DNA of 64,000 bases from Candidatus Omnitrophota bacterium (GTDB lineage: Bacteria; Omnitrophota; Gorgyraeia; Zapsychrales; Fredricksoniimonadaceae), in the NCBI GenBank assembly GCA_021731625.1, contig JAKFXC010000060.1, forward strand, positions 794 to 64,793, read 5' to 3'. The notes under the pieces are model-generated. The model saw only the letters and a program-made list of their open reading frames with translations. It had not been told where the DNA came from and searched no databases. The position numbers and the translations under genes are program-made. This document shows, piece by piece, positions 19,836 to 28,607 of this stretch. The first letter of the stretch is position 1. Every line of letters begins with the position of its first letter.

Positions 19836-20684
19836 ATGGAAAATAAAGTATTGGGAAAAGGCCTGTCGGCCCTAATTTCTCAGAAACTAGATGAAAATAA
19901 TAAAGATAGGGCTGTTTCCAGTCTGGAAACAAGCATTATAAAAAACAACCGACAACAACCACGCCAGAATTATAATGATTCCAGTCTGGAAAGCTTGAAA
20001 GCCTCCATAGCTGAAAAGGGGATCCTTCAGCCGATTCTAGTCCGGGCGGCCGGAAATGGTTACGAGGTTATTGCTGGAGAACGGCGGTTGCGGGCAGCCC
20101 GAGCCTTGGGATTACCTCGGGTGCCCGTCATTATCAAAAATGTAACGGACCAGGAATCCTTTGTCCTAGCATTGATCGAGAATATTCAGAGGGAGGATCT
20201 CAACGCCGTAGATAAGGCGTTAGGGTACAAACGTCTGATTGAAGAGTTTAAGTTGACCCAGGAATCCGTGGCTCAGTCAGTGGGCAAAGACCGCACGTCG
20301 ATTACGAACGGGCTGCGGCTGCTCAAATTACCTCAAGAAATTCAGCAGTATATCATTGAAGAGAGAATTTCTGAAGGCCATGCCCGGGCGCTGTTAGGGC
20401 TAGACAGTGCCAAAGACCAAAAAGCAATGGCGGATATGGCCATTGCCAAGAATTTGTCCGTGCGCCAAGTCGAGGCTTACGTGCGCAAGGATACGCAAAC
20501 TCTGGCAAACAAAATTAAGAAAGTAAACTCCAAAAGCCGGGACATTCAAATTCTGGAAGAGGAGCTCAGCCAGAGGCTGGGGACACGGGTGTTTGTGGAG
20601 CACCGAAATAACAAAGGCAAAGTGGTCATTGAATACTATTCGTTGGATGACTTGGATCGCATCTTGGGGATCATTCGCACATGA
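19836..20684 (+). CDS. parB: Chromosome partitioning protein ParB/Spo0J
   Basis: GERRLRAA ParB box, HTH, and C-terminal dimerisation domain. Confidence 0.9.
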   Translation: MENKVLGKGLSALISQKLDENNKDRAVSSLETSIIKNNRQQPRQNYNDSSLESLKASIAEKGILQPILVRAAGNGYEVIAGERRLRAARALGLPRVPVIIKNVTDQESFVLALIENIQREDLNAVDKALGYKRLIEEFKLTQESVAQSVGKDRTSITNGLRLLKLPQEIQQYIIEERISEGHARALLGLDSAKDQKAMADMAIAKNLSVRQVEAYVRKDTQTLANKIKKVNSKSRDIQILEEELSQRLGTRVFVEHRNNKGKVVIEYYSLDDLDRILGIIRT

Positions 20685-21130
20685 GGGAATCGGCGCTCGT
20701 TCTTATTAAGCCTGATGGGATGCGCAAAGGTTTGGCCGGGGAGGTTTTAAGCCAATTCCTCGTCGGAGATGTGCATTTGGTGGGGCTTAAGCTGGTGGCG
20801 GTATCGCATAAAAAAGCCCAGGCGCACTACGGCCATTTGCGGGACAAGTTCTTTTATAAAGAGATCGTGTCTTATTTAGCGGGGGACCTGCATGACGGCC
20901 AGCCGGTGGTGGCCATGGTGTTTGCTGGAGACCATGCGGTCAAAAAATGCCGCGCTATTGCCGGTGCCACCAACCCCGAAGAAGCGCACCCTAAATCCGT
21001 GCGCGGGAAATTCGGCCGCATCACCACCAAAGGGGTCTATGAAAATTTGGTGCACGTCTCGTCGGACCGCATGGAAGCTGAACGGGAAATTAGATTGTGG
21101 TTTAAAAAAACCGAGTTGCTTAAGCATTAA
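20681..21130 (+). CDS. ndk: Nucleoside diphosphate kinase
   Basis: LVLIKPDG...GATNP...IRGKFG...NLVHVSS NDK signature (active-site His in NLVHVSS). Confidence 0.9.
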   Translation: MRESALVLIKPDGMRKGLAGEVLSQFLVGDVHLVGLKLVAVSHKKAQAHYGHLRDKFFYKEIVSYLAGDLHDGQPVVAMVFAGDHAVKKCRAIAGATNPEEAHPKSVRGKFGRITTKGVYENLVHVSSDRMEAEREIRLWFKKTELLKH

Positions 21131-21370
21131 GTAAAGGAGCAGTTATTATGTTCGGCAGGGGACATTTCCGCCGTTTGCTTCGGTTTACGTCTCGAAAATT
21201 TTATAGGTGAATTTATTATATTAATTTTCTCGACGTAAAACCTCGCAAACATTTGGCGGAAACGCCAACCTTGTGCCTCAGATCATAACTGTTCCTTACA
21301 CAAGGATTGAGGTTTACCCAAGCTTTTTGTTTAATCCCCTCATAGGGCGCCATTAGATAGGATAAAATTT

Positions 21371-22192
21371 ATGATCTCAGGAATGACCGGATTTGGGGCC
21401 AGCGATTTTAGCATTAAGAAGGTCAAAGGGCTGGTGGAAATTAAAAGCGTCAACCATCGGTATTTTGACCCGGCGTTTTATTTGCCGTCGGGGTTTTCCG
21501 CCTTCGAAGAGCGCATTCAAAAAATTGTTTTTGCGCACATCAAGCGCGGCCGGGTGACCATTGCGGTTAGGATCATTGAGAGACCAGGGGTGGATGTTGT
21601 GCTCAACCCCGATGCGGTGCAGCGTTATGTGGATTTTGGCAAAGCATTGGCCAGGCGCCTGGGGATTGCGTACGATTTAACCGCGGCGGACATACTCAAG
21701 CTCCCCGGTGTTATTGAAACTAAGGAAGTCTTTGTCCCGGCCCAGGCCCTATGGCCTGCGGTTGAGAAGGCTTTGCTGAAGGCGATCGTTTCGGTGGCCG
21801 AGATGCGCCGGCGGGAAGGCCGGTCTTTGGTGACTGACATCGGCGGCCAGCTCTCACGCATGAACAAGCGGATTTCTCAAATCAGGGCCCGCGCAAATGC
21901 GTTGCTTAAGGAAAATAAACAGACTCTGAGCAATGATGAGTTTGCGGCTTACCGGAAAAGCAATGACATCAACGAAGAGTTGGCGCGCCTGTCGCACCAC
22001 ATCGACGAGGCCAAGGCCCTGCTCAAACAAAATCTGGAAGCAGGCAAGAAGCTAGATTTCATCGCCCAGGAAATGCAAAGAGAGACCAATACCGTTGGGT
22101 CCAAGGTGCAGGACAAGGAAATTTCCGCTGCTGTCATCGCGCTGAAGGGCAAGGTAGAAAAGATTCGCGAGCAGGCCAATAATGTTGAGTAA
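21371..22192 (+). CDS. yicC: YicC-family protein (UPF0701)
   Basis: MISGMTGFGASDF N-terminus and C-terminal helical YicC domain. Conserved yicC-gmk-rpoZ neighbourhood. Confidence 0.85.
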   Translation: MISGMTGFGASDFSIKKVKGLVEIKSVNHRYFDPAFYLPSGFSAFEERIQKIVFAHIKRGRVTIAVRIIERPGVDVVLNPDAVQRYVDFGKALARRLGIAYDLTAADILKLPGVIETKEVFVPAQALWPAVEKALLKAIVSVAEMRRREGRSLVTDIGGQLSRMNKRISQIRARANALLKENKQTLSNDEFAAYRKSNDINEELARLSHHIDEAKALLKQNLEAGKKLDFIAQEMQRETNTVGSKVQDKEISAAVIALKGKVEKIREQANNVE

Positions 22193-22793
22193 GCAGGAGG
22201 GCAAAATCATTATCCTTTCAGGTCCGTCTGGATCTGGAAAGACCACGCTGCACAAGGCGCTGCTCAAAGACCCGGCGTTAAAGCAAATTCTGATCAAATC
22301 CGTTTCTGCCACCACCCGCCCAATGCGTCCCGGCGAAAAAAGGGGCAAGGATTATTTCTTTCTCACCCGGCCGCAATTTGAATCGCGGATCACCAAGGGG
22401 TATTTCTTGGAGTGGGAGAAGGTATGTGATAATTATTACGGCACGTCCAAACGGCAGGTGCTTGGCCTGTTGGGCAAGGGCAAGAACGTGCTCTTGTGCA
22501 TCGATGTCAAGGGGGCCCGGAATGTGCGGCAGGAATTCCCCCGCACCGTGGGAGTTTTTATAAAGACCCCGTCGATGAAAGTGCTGCGGGAGCGATTGAG
22601 CCGGCGGGCCTCGGAATCCCCTGAGGGCCTTAAGCGGCGCCTGGACATTGCCCGGGCCGAGCTTAAAGAAGCGGGGCAGTACGAGCACGTCATCACCAAT
22701 GGCCGTCTGGACAAAGCTCGTCGGGAATTAAAGCGGATCATTGTTAAAATTTTGGCGCCCGAAGGAAACGCAGGGGCTTCGGGGAAAGGTTGA
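22182..22793 (+). CDS. gmk: Guanylate kinase
   Basis: IIILSGPSGSGKTTL P-loop and SATTRPMRPGEKRGKDYFF GMP-binding region. Confidence 0.9.
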   Translation: MLSKQEGKIIILSGPSGSGKTTLHKALLKDPALKQILIKSVSATTRPMRPGEKRGKDYFFLTRPQFESRITKGYFLEWEKVCDNYYGTSKRQVLGLLGKGKNVLLCIDVKGARNVRQEFPRTVGVFIKTPSMKVLRERLSRRASESPEGLKRRLDIARAELKEAGQYEHVITNGRLDKARRELKRIIVKILAPEGNAGASGKG

Positions 22794-22866
22794 CAGCCCC
22801 CAGCGCGTGTGTTATAAAAACTGTTTTTATTAAGTGGCAGAGTTTGAAATTGGAGGAATCGAGCAT

Positions 22867-23100
22867 ATGGGTTATCAGCCGTTAGAAGAATTGTTAGGTA
22901 AAGCCGGGGGAAGCGTTTATACTTTGGTGCGCCTTGCGTCCCGTCGGGCTTTGGAAATCAGCAATACCGGAGCCAAACTCATCCAGGCCCCTTCGGAAGC
23001 AAAATTAACCACCATCGCGCTGGATGAAATCCGCCAGGGCAAAGTCGTTGAGAAATGCGTTGAAAAAGAGTTTGATCCAAAAAACGCGGGCAAAAAATAA
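22867..23100 (+). CDS. rpoZ: DNA-directed RNA polymerase subunit omega
   Basis: MGYQPLEELL...YTLVRLASRRALEI. Internal ATG at 22867 with a GGAGGA RBS is preferred over the ORF-track GTG at 22834. Confidence 0.8.
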   Translation: MGYQPLEELLGKAGGSVYTLVRLASRRALEISNTGAKLIQAPSEAKLTTIALDEIRQGKVVEKCVEKEFDPKNAGKK

Positions 23101-23109
23101 GGAAACAAC

Positions 23110-23637
23110 GTGAAGAAAAAAATTGTCTTGGGGGTCTGCGGGAGCATTGCGGCCTATAAGGCCGGCGACATCATCCGCCGGCTGCAGGAGAAAGGTTGCG
23201 AGGTCTCGGTCATTATGACGACAGGGGCGCAGCAATTTATTACATCGCTAACGTTGGCCACGCTCTCCGGCAAAACCGTATACGGGGACATGTTCGACCC
23301 GCAGGGCTGGCAATTGGCGCACATTGATTTGGCCAAGGATGCGGACCTGGTCTTGATTGCCCCGGCAACGGCCAATGTGATATCCAAAATCGCGCACGGG
23401 ATGGCCGATGATTTCTTGACCACGTTTATATTGACGGTGCGGGCGCCGGTGGTGATCGCGCCGGCGATGCATGATGAGATGTACACCAATGCCATCGTCG
23501 TCGAGAATTGCGCGAAGCTTAAAAAACACGGCATCAAATTCGTGGAGCCGGTTAAAGGCAAGCTGGCCAACGGCGATATCGGGGTGGGGCATTTGGCGGA
23601 GGTGGAAACCATCGTCCAAGCGGCCATCGGCCAATGA
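23110..23637 (+). CDS. coaC: Phosphopantothenoylcysteine decarboxylase (flavoprotein, CoaC domain only)
   Basis: KIVLGVCGSIAAYKAGDIIRRL...LVLIAPATANVISKIAHGMADD flavoprotein signature. 175 aa, so no CoaB half. Confidence 0.8.
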   Translation: MKKKIVLGVCGSIAAYKAGDIIRRLQEKGCEVSVIMTTGAQQFITSLTLATLSGKTVYGDMFDPQGWQLAHIDLAKDADLVLIAPATANVISKIAHGMADDFLTTFILTVRAPVVIAPAMHDEMYTNAIVVENCAKLKKHGIKFVEPVKGKLANGDIGVGHLAEVETIVQAAIGQ

Positions 23638-24436
23638 GAGCAAAGTCGGCAATTTATGCCATTGCCGTGTTGTTTATAACAACGCAAGCGGTAATGGCAG
23701 ATACAACAAGCATTGATGAGATTAAAAAAAGCAATGCGCATAGCCATCAAAGAGTGAAATTTTCAACCCGTCTCAAGGATGGCAAATATTCTGAGGCGGA
23801 GAATGAGTTGAAGAAATGGGAACAACCGTATCCCGACGATAAACAAGAGATAGGAAACATGCGCGCGTTATTAGCTGGAGCAATCAAAGAAGATCCGCCT
23901 ACGGAAAAGGAAAAAAAGGCCCTGGATCAATTGATAGAACTGAGCAATCGGCTCTTAAGATTCAATGATCGGATGGCGCCTGCTGTGGAGAAATTAGAGG
24001 CGGCGCTATCAGACCCTCGAATAAGTGCGACGACCAGTAACGGGTTGATTTTGGAAACCATTAAGAAAGATGATGTTGAAGAATTGAAGAAACTCTTGCA
24101 TAAGGGCATAACCCAGACCAGGATAATTATCTAATACCAGTATTGCCGGAGGCTGCACACAAGGGGAATATTGCGATCATACAATTACTGTTAGACAAAG
24201 GTGTCAAGATTGACAAGACCAATTGGCATGGCAGGACGGCTTTAATGGTTGCTGCGAATAATAATCACTCGCAAGCTGTTGATTTATTGTTGAAATCAGG
24301 GGCCCAGGTAAATTTTAGAACCAATAGGGAAAATGAGACAGCCCTAGATTTTGCCCTGAAAAATAACAATGCCCAGATGGTTAAGCTGCTAAAGGATGCC
24401 GGGGGGCTTTCTTTTCCATCTGATAAAAAGGATTAG
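23634..24436 (+). pseudogene. Secreted ankyrin-repeat protein apparently split by a frameshift (two ORFs 23634-24134 and 24143-24436)
   Basis: ORF1 has a signal peptide and ends ELKKLLHKGITQTRIII*. Upstream of its TTG start, ORF2's frame already reads GHNPDQDNYLIPVLPEAAHKGNIAIIQLLLDKG then two clear ANK repeats. An ANK-like segment spans the frame junction near 24100-24134. Confidence 0.45.
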
Positions 24437-24454
24437 TCCCGGTTCTTCGAACAG

Positions 24455-24681
24455 GGTTATTTGGAATAGAAACATTGTGGCTGATGACCTCGCACTTGCC
24501 CTCTCTAGAAAGCTTATAAGGAAGCAAGTACTGCCCTCTGATTTTTCTAGAAGAATTTGCAAAAGTAAGATTGTGGCTGATGACGGCGCACTTGCTCTCT
24601 CTAGAAAGCTTATAAGGAAGCAAGTACTGCCCTCTGATTTTTCTAGAAGAATTTGCAAAAGTAAGATTGTGGTAATCAGAG
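24455..24681. repeat. Tandem repeat, 96-bp unit x about 2.3, directly upstream of tRNA-Cys
   Basis: ATTGTGGCTGATGAC... units start at 24474, 24570 and 24666. Each holds hairpin GCACTTGC/GCAAGTAC plus two TCTAGA-centred palindromes. The last unit's GCCCTCTGATT pairs with AATCAGAGGGC at the tRNA 5' end. Confidence 0.85.
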
Positions 24682-24756
24682 GGCGTGGTAGCCAAGTGGT
24701 AAGGCAGCGGTCTGCAAAACCGCTATTCACCGGTTCGATTCCGGTCCACGCCTCCA
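24682..24756 (+). tRNA. tRNA-Cys (anticodon GCA), CCA encoded
   Basis: Acceptor GGCGTGG/CCACGCC, anticodon loop CTGCAAA, T-arm ACCGGTTCGATTCCGGT, 3' TCCA. Confidence 0.85.
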
Positions 24757-24776
24757 AAAAATATCAAGGGAGATCG

Positions 24777-25067
24777 ATGTCGGAAGAAAGAAATCCCGTT
24801 ACTAGAATAGTTTTTTGCCTGCTTTGGTTGTTGCCAGTCATGATTGTCATACATTCCATCGTTGGAGGATTTGTTGGGGGCATAGCAGGACCTTCCGGCG
24901 AGGGAGTTGAGGATAGTTTTAATGCCGGAGCTAGGGCTTCGGCGGAGTTTTTTGCAAAAAATCGGTTGGCGATGACCGTCATCGACGTGGCTGTTTGGGG
25001 GTATTTGTGTTTTATTGGATGGTTGCCGGGCACAAGCACCATTAAGAAATCGAAAAAGAATACGTAA
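24777..25067 (+). CDS. Small hypothetical membrane protein (96 aa)
   Basis: ATG at 24777 with a GGGAG RBS, MSEERNPVTRIVFCLLWLLPVMIVIHSIVGG. The ORF-track version (24396) reads through the repeats and tRNA-Cys and is rejected upstream of this ATG. Confidence 0.4.
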   Translation: MSEERNPVTRIVFCLLWLLPVMIVIHSIVGGFVGGIAGPSGEGVEDSFNAGARASAEFFAKNRLAMTVIDVAVWGYLCFIGWLPGTSTIKKSKKNT

Positions 25068-25182
25068 AGATTGTGGCGACGGAGGGGCGCACTTGTTTTT
25101 CTTAGAACAACATTTAAGGAAACAAGTGCAGCCCTCAACTTTCTCTAGATATATGTATAAAAGAAAAATGGGGGTAAGTTGA

Positions 25183-25266
25183 GGGCGGGTGGTGGAACTG
25201 GTATACACGCAGGACTTAAAATCCTGTGACCGCAAGGTCATGAGGGTTCAATTCCCTCCCCGCCCA
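25183..25266 (+). tRNA. tRNA-Leu (anticodon UAA), no encoded CCA
   Basis: Acceptor GGGCGGG/CCCGCCC, anticodon loop CTTAAAA, long variable arm TGACCGCAAGGTCAT, T-arm GAGGGTTCAATTCCCTC. Confidence 0.85.
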
Positions 25267-25308
25267 TTTACAGGAACTCAAAAACGCAGAGAAAGAAAAA
25301 AATACAGC

Positions 25309-25383
25309 GGACCCGTAGCTCAGTTTGGTTAGAGCGTCTCCTTGACATGGAGAAGGTCAGAGGTTCGAGCCCCCTCGGGTCCA
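25309..25383 (+). tRNA. tRNA-Val (anticodon GAC), no encoded CCA
   Basis: Acceptor GGACCCG/CGGGTCC, D-arm GCTCAGTTTGGTTAGAGC, anticodon stem TCTCC/GGAGA with loop TTGACAT. Confidence 0.8.
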
Positions 25384-25396
25384 TTTTTAAAATTTT

Positions 25397-26032
25397 ATGA
25401 AAGGAAAAATCGCCATTATAGCTTCCTTGGTGAGTATTTTTACGGGAGTACCTTGCTCTGCACACGGGTTAAATCCCTATAAAGATGAGGGGAGGAACGT
25501 CATTTATAACCTCTTATTTTGCGATGATATTAAGTTATTCAAAAACGGCTCTGATGGTGAAGAGGAGCCGCCGTGGAGCATCCTGCTTTCCGAATCCGCA
25601 GATAAGGATGAACTCAAAAAAATTGGACAAGACCCCGCCGGTGAGACACGTTCGAGGATTTTGGCGTATAACAAATTGAGGCAACTGGGTGTAGAGATTG
25701 ACCGCCAAGAGTTATTAGGAATGATCGTCGAGTACGGTATCAATGGAGGCATAGATGTTGTGGCGGCATACACAGATGGCACCGCCAGGTATATTAATTA
25801 TTCCGGGAAATTAATTACTTACGAGGCCCATAACAAGGCGATCGATACCCGCATTACGGCATTTATGCACAATGGCCAGCGCATGGTTTCTAAAGCAGAC
25901 CCGCAAAACACACGGACTTCACCACCCCAACAGGGAGATGTCAAAATCACATTGCTGACCTCCGATGGTGTCTATATGAGAGAAGGGGAGTTCAATAAGC
26001 TCACTGAGGATGCAATTGGGGGACCGGTATGA
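25397..26032 (+). CDS. Secreted hypothetical protein
   Basis: N-terminal signal peptide (IAIIASLVSIFTGVPCSA). No recognisable domain. Confidence 0.55.
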   Translation: MKGKIAIIASLVSIFTGVPCSAHGLNPYKDEGRNVIYNLLFCDDIKLFKNGSDGEEEPPWSILLSESADKDELKKIGQDPAGETRSRILAYNKLRQLGVEIDRQELLGMIVEYGINGGIDVVAAYTDGTARYINYSGKLITYEAHNKAIDTRITAFMHNGQRMVSKADPQNTRTSPPQQGDVKITLLTSDGVYMREGEFNKLTEDAIGGPV

Positions 26033-26087
26033 AAATCGGCATTCGAATTAATGAGCATATTACAGCAAAAATCTTCCGAGGAATAAT

Positions 26088-27818
26088 TTGGACTACTCCC
26101 GCGACATAGATAAACTCCGCCACACCTGTTCGCACGTCCTGGCCCAGGCGGTGAAAGAGCTTTGGCCGGATGCCAAAGTGACGATCGGCCCTGCCATCGA
26201 GGCCGGATTTTATTACGACTTCGATAAGAAAGAGCCGTTTACCGACGATGATCTGAAGAAAATCGAAAAGGCCATGCACCGCATTGTCAACAAAAACTTG
26301 CCCATGAAGCAATCTTCCATGGCTCGGGAAGAAGCCATTCAGTTGTTTCGCTCCATGCACGAGGATTTTAAAGTCGAACTCATCGAGAACCTGCCGGACA
26401 AAGAAGTTTCCATTTTTCACACCGGCGATGAATTCCTGGACCTCTGCAAAGGCCCGCACGTCGCGTCCACCGGGCTCATCAAAGGCTTTAAGTTGCTTAC
26501 CGTCGCTGGTGCTTATTGGCGCGGTGATGAAAAAAGACCCATGCTGCAGCGCATCTACGGCACGGCCTTCTTCAGCCAAAAAGAGCTCGACGATTATTTG
26601 AAAATGCAGGAAGAGGCAGCCAAGCGCGACCACCGCAAACTTGGCACTCAGCTCGACCTGTTCCACATTTATCAAGAAACCGCCGGGGCCGGGCTGATTT
26701 TTTACCACCCCAACGGAGGCATGCTGCGCAAAATCATCGAAGATTATGTGCGGGAACAACATTTGAAGCACGGATACAAACTGGTCTACACCCCGCATAT
26801 GCTCAAAGGCAAGCTTTGGGAAGTCTCCGGCCATGCCGACCATTACAGAGACAACATGTATTATTTTAAGGTTGACGACGAGGATTATGCGGTCAAGCCC
26901 ATGAATTGCCCGGCCCACATCATGATTTACAAATCGCAAACTCGCTCGTACCGTGACCTGCCGGTGCGTTATTTTGAACTGGGCACCGTGTATCGCCAGG
27001 AAAAAGCCGGCGTGCTGCACGGGCTGCTGCGGGTGCGCGGCTTTACCCAGGACGATGCGCACATCTTCCTGCGCTCCGACCAGGTCAAAGAAGAGGTGAT
27101 GGCGGTTATTGATTTTGTTTTTTCGGTCATGAACGATTTTGGTTTCCATGATTTGCACATCGAGCTTTCCACTCAGCCTAAAGATTCCATGGGCGCTCAA
27201 AAAGATTGGGACACCGCCACCGCGGCCTTAAAAAGCGCTTTGGATGCCAAGGGCATCAAATACGACATCAATGACGGCGACGGCGCTTTTTACGGCCCCA
27301 AAATTGACATCAAACTCAAAGACGCCATCGGGCGCGAGTGGCAATGCGGCACCATCCAATGCGATTTCAATCTACCGCAGCGTTTCGAACTCAATTATAT
27401 CGACGAGAGCGGCCAGAAAGTGCGGCCCATCATGCTGCACCGGGCCATATTGGGAAGTCTCGAGCGTTTCATCGGCACCTTGATCGAACATTACGCCGGC
27501 AATTTTCCGCTGTGGCTGGCACCCCATCAAGTGGCGATCATCCCAATCAAGGCGGAACATGCCGAATATGCAGAGCAATTAAAAGCTGAGCTCACGCAGG
27601 CCGGCCTGCGGGTAAGCATCGACCACCGCAATGAGTCTTTGTCCAAGCGCATCCGGGAAGCCTCCATGATGAAAATCCCCTATCAACTGGTCATTGGGGA
27701 TAAAGAAATGCAAAGCCAGCAGGTGGCGGTGAGAGCCCAAGGAGACGGGGATTTGGGCACCATGTCGTCCGCAGCTCTGATCGAGCGCCTGAAACAACAG
27801 GTTATTGACAAAAAGTAG
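26088..27818 (+). CDS. thrS: Threonine--tRNA ligase (short form lacking the N-terminal TGS domain)
   Basis: HTCSHVLAQAV editing-domain motif, class II motifs (YRDLPVRYFELGTVYRQE, GLLRVRGFTQDDAHIF), C-terminal anticodon-binding domain. 576 aa. Confidence 0.9.
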   Translation: MDYSRDIDKLRHTCSHVLAQAVKELWPDAKVTIGPAIEAGFYYDFDKKEPFTDDDLKKIEKAMHRIVNKNLPMKQSSMAREEAIQLFRSMHEDFKVELIENLPDKEVSIFHTGDEFLDLCKGPHVASTGLIKGFKLLTVAGAYWRGDEKRPMLQRIYGTAFFSQKELDDYLKMQEEAAKRDHRKLGTQLDLFHIYQETAGAGLIFYHPNGGMLRKIIEDYVREQHLKHGYKLVYTPHMLKGKLWEVSGHADHYRDNMYYFKVDDEDYAVKPMNCPAHIMIYKSQTRSYRDLPVRYFELGTVYRQEKAGVLHGLLRVRGFTQDDAHIFLRSDQVKEEVMAVIDFVFSVMNDFGFHDLHIELSTQPKDSMGAQKDWDTATAALKSALDAKGIKYDINDGDGAFYGPKIDIKLKDAIGREWQCGTIQCDFNLPQRFELNYIDESGQKVRPIMLHRAILGSLERFIGTLIEHYAGNFPLWLAPHQVAIIPIKAEHAEYAEQLKAELTQAGLRVSIDHRNESLSKRIREASMMKIPYQLVIGDKEMQSQQVAVRAQGDGDLGTMSSAALIERLKQQVIDKK

Positions 27819-27852
27819 AATTCAGGGATAATAAAAGTCTTTTTCGGGAGGA

Positions 27853-28374
27853 ATGTCTATTTTAAAAACAATTCGCATTAATCATCAAATTCGTGCCAAA
27901 GAAGTGAGGGTTATAGGCCCCAATTCCGAACAGCTGGGCGTGGTTACGATCGGACGGGCCCTGGAGTTGTCCAACGAATATGAGCTTGATTTGGTCGAGG
28001 TAGCCCCCACGGCAGCCCCGCCGGTATGCCGCATCATTGACTTTAGCAAGTATAAATACGACCAGGAGAAAAAGGAACGCAAGGTCAAAAAGAACCAGCA
28101 CGTGTCGCATTTAAAGCAAATTCGTCTGAAGCCGCACATCAGCGACCATGATCTGGAAACCAAAATGAAACAGGCCATTGTCTTCTTGTCCAAGAAAGAC
28201 AAGGTCAAGATCAACTTGATGTTTCAAGGCCGGGAGATGAGTTTCCGTGACCAATGGAAGGCTGTCCTGGACAAAGTGATCGCGCAGACATCCACGTATG
28301 CGACCATCGAAAAACAACCGCTGGCGGAAGGCCGGGTGGTTTCGATGGTGTTGGCACCCAAAGCAGATAAATAG
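27853..28374 (+). CDS. infC: Translation initiation factor IF-3
   Basis: INHQIRAKEVRVIGPNSEQLGVV and C-terminal IF3 domain. Conserved thrS-infC-rpmI-rplT order. Confidence 0.9.
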   Translation: MSILKTIRINHQIRAKEVRVIGPNSEQLGVVTIGRALELSNEYELDLVEVAPTAAPPVCRIIDFSKYKYDQEKKERKVKKNQHVSHLKQIRLKPHISDHDLETKMKQAIVFLSKKDKVKINLMFQGREMSFRDQWKAVLDKVIAQTSTYATIEKQPLAEGRVVSMVLAPKADK

Positions 28375-28388
28375 GAATTGAGGTATTT

Positions 28389-28607
28389 ATGGGGATAGGC
28401 AAAAAAGGAAAGCTGAAAACGAATAAAGGCGCGGCCAAACGGCTGCGTTTCACCAAAAGCGGGCGACTCAAAAAACGCAATGCCGGCCGCCAGCATATTT
28501 TGGGTAAAAAATCGCGCAAACGCAAACGCCACCTACGTAAAGACGGGTATATAACAGGCACGGACGCCAAGCGCATAAGGAGGCTTCTGCCCTATGGTTC
28601 GCATTAA
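28389..28607 (+). CDS. rpmI: 50S ribosomal protein L35
   Basis: Basic 72-aa protein KRLRFTKSGRLKKRNAGRQHILGKKSRKRKRHLRK in the canonical slot. Confidence 0.8.
   Translation: MGIGKKGKLKTNKGAAKRLRFTKSGRLKKRNAGRQHILGKKSRKRKRHLRKDGYITGTDAKRIRRLLPYGSH

Noticed and set aside
22834-22866. GTG start of rpoZ given in the ORF track
   Set aside because: The internal ATG at 22867 has a well-spaced GGAGGA RBS and yields a typical omega N-terminus. The upstream GTG has no RBS.
24500-24660. Sigma-54 promoter (GG-N10-GC) in the tRNA-Cys leader unit (GGCGCACTTGC, TTGCAAAAG)
   Set aside because: GG and GC elements are only about 7 nt apart. They do not fit the -24/-12 spacing.
24455-24681. CRISPR array interpretation of the tandem repeats upstream of tRNAs (also 39308-39680 and 16524-16765)
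   Set aside because: Units are 94-96 bp near-identical full-length duplicates with no unique spacers. There is no cas gene. The architecture is tandem duplication, not repeat-spacer.
24381-25067. Three overlapping ORFs (24381-24695 -, 24389-24757 -, 24396-25067 +) across the tRNA-Cys region
   Set aside because: They run through the 96-bp tandem repeats and the tRNA-Cys gene itself. Only the part downstream of the tRNA (from ATG 24777) has an RBS and is kept as a possible small gene.
25268-25465. Minus-strand 65-aa ORF
   Set aside because: Antisense to tRNA-Val. No support.
26001-27200. Minus-strand 399-aa ORF
   Set aside because: Antisense to thrS. Typical long antisense frame in GC-rich coding DNA with no recognisable motifs.
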